IMG/VR virus record: IMGVR_UViG_3300023269_000003
Coordinates: 1 to 35,140 of that record
Length of the DNA stretch: 35,140 bases
Source: a virus
Taxonomy: Duplodnaviria > Caudoviricetes
Direction: 5' to 3' (one strand)
A model generated the notes under the pieces. That model saw only the letters and a program-made list of their open reading frames with translations, was not told where the DNA came from and made no database searches. Every line of letters begins with the position of its first letter. The first letter of the stretch is position 1. The position numbers and the translations under genes are program-made. Of the stretch, positions 32,484 through 35,140 are shown piece after piece.

Positions 32484-32576
32484 CTATCGACGAGGGCAGG
32501 AGAACATGTGCTGTCCACCCTTGAGCCCGCAATCGGGGCATCCTTCGTCGCCTGGAACAAACTGGATATTACTCAC
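32484..32576 (-). CDS. 30-aa CxxC-x6-H-x3-C microprotein MSNIQFVPGDEGCPDCGLKGGQHMFSCPRR
   Basis: GTGA coupling; shared motif. Confidence 0.7.
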   Translation of the reverse strand: MSNIQFVPGDEGCPDCGLKGGQHMFSCPRR

Positions 32577-32650
32577 CACGGCCTATTCGGGCAGGTTGGG
32601 CTGTGGTTGTCGCCTAGACCGCCACACCACCTGCACTTGGTAGTCGTCAC
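32573..32650 (-). CDS. 25-aa CxxC-x6-H-x3-C microprotein MTTTKCRWCGGLGDNHSPTCPNRPW
   Basis: GTGA coupling; shared motif. Confidence 0.7.
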   Translation of the reverse strand: MTTTKCRWCGGLGDNHSPTCPNRPW

Positions 32651-32763
32651 TTGTTCTCGTTCTGTAGGTCCTTGATCACGTCACACCATGAGGCGTGTAC
32701 CCCACCGCTGTTGTGACAGGTGTCGCAGCGTTCTACGCCGTCTTCATCCTTGTACCTCAACAT
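32647..32763 (-). CDS. 38-aa CxxC-x6-H-x3-C microprotein MLRYKDEDGVERCDTCHNSGGVHASWCDVIKDLQNENK
   Basis: 7-nt overlap with upstream ORF; shared motif. Confidence 0.7.
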   Translation of the reverse strand: MLRYKDEDGVERCDTCHNSGGVHASWCDVIKDLQNENK

Positions 32764-32852
32764 GCGGGCTGATCTCTATCTGGGTTGCGGATACACCACG
32801 AGGCGTGATTACCTGCGGAGTGTCCACATTCCTTACACTTGGTGTCTGACAC
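32757..32852 (-). CDS. 31-aa CxxC-x6-H-x3-C microprotein MSDTKCKECGHSAGNHASWCIRNPDRDQPAC
   Basis: GGAG RBS, GTG 32852; shared motif. Confidence 0.7.
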   Translation of the reverse strand: MSDTKCKECGHSAGNHASWCIRNPDRDQPAC

Positions 32853-32854
32853 GT

Positions 32855-32932
32855 CTACTCCGTAGGACATTGGCCGCCGGTAGGGCAATCTTCAACCCTC
32901 GAACCACAGCCATCGCAAATTGTTGGAGCCAT
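32855..32932 (-). CDS. 25-aa Cys4 microprotein MAPTICDGCGSRVEDCPTGGQCPTE
   Basis: TAATG coupling to the lysin stop; CxxC-x6-C-x5-C. Confidence 0.65.
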   Translation of the reverse strand: MAPTICDGCGSRVEDCPTGGQCPTE

Positions 32933-33846
32933 TACTTCTTTACCAAATCCACATCTACCTTGTCTACCAAGGCGTCTGCGAGCTTGTCTACGTCAACCAC
33001 ACCCGCCGAAACACCCTTGATCAGGTCTTCCAGCTTCGTGAGTCGGGCTTCAAGCTCGGTAATTACCTGGCCCGTGGACTTACCGTTGGTTAGGTAAGGC
33101 AGGCTCAGGTCAGTACGGATATCCACAACCGCTTCGTAGAGATACTTGATGACGTTACCCGTCGACACACCGTTCGCGAGGAAGGGAATCGTCAGGTCGT
33201 TCCGTAGGTCTACGAGCGAATCATAGATGTACTGCTGCTGAGTATCGGTTAGCGCCATGAAAGGGCCTCCTGAGGTAGCGTTTCGGGCCTCCGCACGGAA
33301 GGCGTTCATGTCGATCATCTGTCCGGACCTGAAGCCGGGGTCCCACTTGCCTTCGTAACCCCTGCCGTTGACTTCACCATGTCCGCGAACAACGTTGATA
33401 TCCCCGTTGGCAAACAGATCGGCCACCGTCTTGGCGAAGACCTTGGCAGTGGAGTACTGCGCAGCCGTCATCGGCGAGACACCGGGGTAAACAATTTCAA
33501 GACCAACCGTGTAGTAATTCCGGTTGGAAGCGTAAGGACTCAAAGGTCCCTGGTTCGGACCAAAACCACCCCCCGCGTGCCATGCGACACCAGAAGCGAG
33601 GACCGTCAACGAACCATCGGCATTGCCCGCGAAGTTGGCAAGTGCCTGCCCGTACGCCCAATCCTGAGTGGACGACACAAGGCCTGCGTAGGCCGAACCA
33701 TAGTTGGAACCGGTGTGGTGGATAATGGCTCCCCGGATGTCGATCTGGGGCTTACCCTCGTTACCACGGCCGTTCCAGCCCGACCATTCGTATACTGTGA
33801 CACCACGCGCTCTCAGCGCGTTGACAAGGTCTGCAACGTCACTCAT
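32932..33846 (-). CDS. endolysin, N-acetylmuramoyl-L-alanine amidase (Amidase_2)
   Basis: IIHHTG, AWHAG, GLE, GH.E...K.DPG; repeated C-terminal region. Confidence 0.92.
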   Translation of the reverse strand: MSDVADLVNALRARGVTVYEWSGWNGRGNEGKPQIDIRGAIIHHTGSNYGSAYAGLVSSTQDWAYGQALANFAGNADGSLTVLASGVAWHAGGGFGPNQGPLSPYASNRNYYTVGLEIVYPGVSPMTAAQYSTAKVFAKTVADLFANGDINVVRGHGEVNGRGYEGKWDPGFRSGQMIDMNAFRAEARNATSGGPFMALTDTQQQYIYDSLVDLRNDLTIPFLANGVSTGNVIKYLYEAVVDIRTDLSLPYLTNGKSTGQVITELEARLTKLEDLIKGVSAGVVDVDKLADALVDKVDVDLVKK

Positions 33847-33984
33847 ATGAACCCCTTAGGGAATCTAGGACTAGGCTGTCCTGGCGTTTAACTCCAGCGG
33901 TATAGCCTAGATTGGGTTTGGAACCAACTCCGGAGGGAGTCAGCGGAGGAGAGGTACGCCACTCAACCTCCGGAGTCAGAACTC

Positions 33985-34413
33985 TTAGGATACCTTGCTG
34001 GCACGTTCCTTGAAGTAAGCAGCAATATCGGTGATCTCAGCTTCCTGACCATCACGCTCAACTTCGATCCTCACACGCCTACGGTCGCCTTCGGTGACCA
34101 ACAGGTTGGACAGCGCGGAGTTGATAGCCGCAAACATGACCGCCGAAGGCTTCTCGCCTTGGCGCATAAGCTTGTTGATGAAGTACATCACGTACCGGGC
34201 GTATTCCCAGTCGGATGGTTCATAATACTTGGCTTGTGCCGACTCCTTCAGGGAGTCGTAGAAGTTCACTACCATTGGATGTGGGTCATCCAGAGCTAGT
34301 GGTGGTGCAATAACCAGTCCGGCTGCTACTAGCTTCTCGATCGGAATGACTTCGGCATTCCGACGAACCCTCTCGTCGCTTCGCTTCGGTACTGGACCGG
34401 TAATCCCTGCCAT
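33985..34413 (-). CDS. terS: terminase small subunit
   Basis: GPVPKRSDERVRRN, YYEPSDW, LLVTEGDRRRVRIEVER. Confidence 0.85.
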   Translation of the reverse strand: MAGITGPVPKRSDERVRRNAEVIPIEKLVAAGLVIAPPLALDDPHPMVVNFYDSLKESAQAKYYEPSDWEYARYVMYFINKLMRQGEKPSAVMFAAINSALSNLLVTEGDRRRVRIEVERDGQEAEITDIAAYFKERASKVS

Positions 34414-34428
34414 TACTCCTCCTGGGAG

Positions 34429-34731
34429 CTAACGGGCCTTCCTGAGGCCCGGATGTTGTTCTCTTGGTCGTTTGGTCAACCTCTTCCTTCGGAGACGTTC
34501 TCTCAAGCCCTCTTGAGAGGACTTGATGGAGTGACAAGCAGAGCAAACTGCTTGGAGGTTGGTAAGACTATGGTCATCTCCTGGACGGATATGGTCTACC
34601 TCGGTTGCTCTGAGGGAGCAACCTTCGTATCGGAGTTGACATATACGACCATCCCTTGAGAGGATGGTCTTGCGAAGAACTCCCCAGTTAGAAGGGAGTT
34701 CCCCGACTCGGTTGGAGCTGTTCCAACCCAT
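34429..34731 (-). CDS. HNH endonuclease (packaging-associated)
   Basis: RD...CQ....C...ATEVDHI......NLQ..C..CH..KS; ATG 34731. Confidence 0.9.
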   Translation of the reverse strand: MGWNSSNRVGELPSNWGVLRKTILSRDGRICQLRYEGCSLRATEVDHIRPGDDHSLTNLQAVCSACHSIKSSQEGLRERLRRKRLTKRPREQHPGLRKAR

Positions 34732-35140
34732 ACTAACCCCTAACTGTTTATCAGGTTTTGGGAACGGTCGTGGACGACCCACTGACCGCCCCATCTTCCC
34801 GATGGGGCTAGGAGAAGGAACTCGGAGAGTTTCTTCCCTTTGGGACCTCCTCCTTTAACCCGGAGGTCTTCAAAAAATTTTACCAAGACGCCTTTGAGGG
34901 CGTCTACCGAACGATGAGTGAGGTAGTGCCCCCCTTACCCCCCAGATCAGGGGTTTTGGTGGTTTTTCCCTCTCTCACCCTGTATATACCTGCCGCAGAC
35001 ACGTGTTTTGACACAACTGTGACGAGGCTCACACATGTAACTGTGCGTGAAATATATACTTGCACGTGCAACTATGTGCCTGTTTACGCTCTGACCAGCA
35101 CTTTTGGCCTCAGCAACCCGTACGGGACCAGGGTGGCGCT
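34732..35140. other. non-coding region, probably near the physical (left) genome end
   Basis: No convincing ORF; lies upstream of HNH/TerS; hairpins and GGGGGGTAAGGGGGG on the minus strand. Confidence 0.5.

Noticed and set aside
32720-33097. 125-aa plus-strand ORF
   Set aside because: Antisense to the lysin and the zinc-finger micro-ORFs, which have better start signals and motifs.
1-35140. Cluster A-type 13-bp stoperator repeats or a CRISPR array
   Set aside because: No recurring asymmetric 13-mer or regularly spaced repeat was found by eye; a k-mer scan could still reveal one.

Overview
The window is most of a tailed (siphovirus) actinobacteriophage genome with the two-arm layout of L5/D29-type (mycobacteriophage cluster A-like) phages, shown in reverse orientation. 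Bases 1-13133 (+) carry replication, nucleic-acid and accessory genes: helicase C-terminus, Endo VII, split primase, DEDD exonucleases, sigma-like protein, DNA Pol A, RNA ligase, methyltransferase and a DUF3310 protein, plus many 21-60 aa micro-ORFs below the ORF-track cut-off. Bases 13191-34731 (-) carry HNH, TerS, an amidase lysin, a 14-tRNA cluster, TerL, portal, capsid, head-tail and tail genes and a holin. The arms converge on a bidirectional terminator with no integrase there. The most notable observations, all read by eye: (1) five coupled 25-38 aa zinc-finger micro-genes between the lysin and tRNAs, four with an exact CxxC-x6-H-x3-C motif; (2) a 1.5 kb run of about 13 coupled micro-ORFs (zinc fingers and very acidic M-x-[DN]-P peptides); (3) a type II hammerhead ribozyme with a U4C core variant; (4) an Acb2-like anti-CBASS sponge and a glycosyltransferase inside the head module; (5) atypical tRNAs interleaved with pseudoknots, a CCA-ended acceptor-stem mimic and a candidate structured ncRNA. 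No database searches or folding programs were run, so family assignments rest on recalled motifs and synteny.
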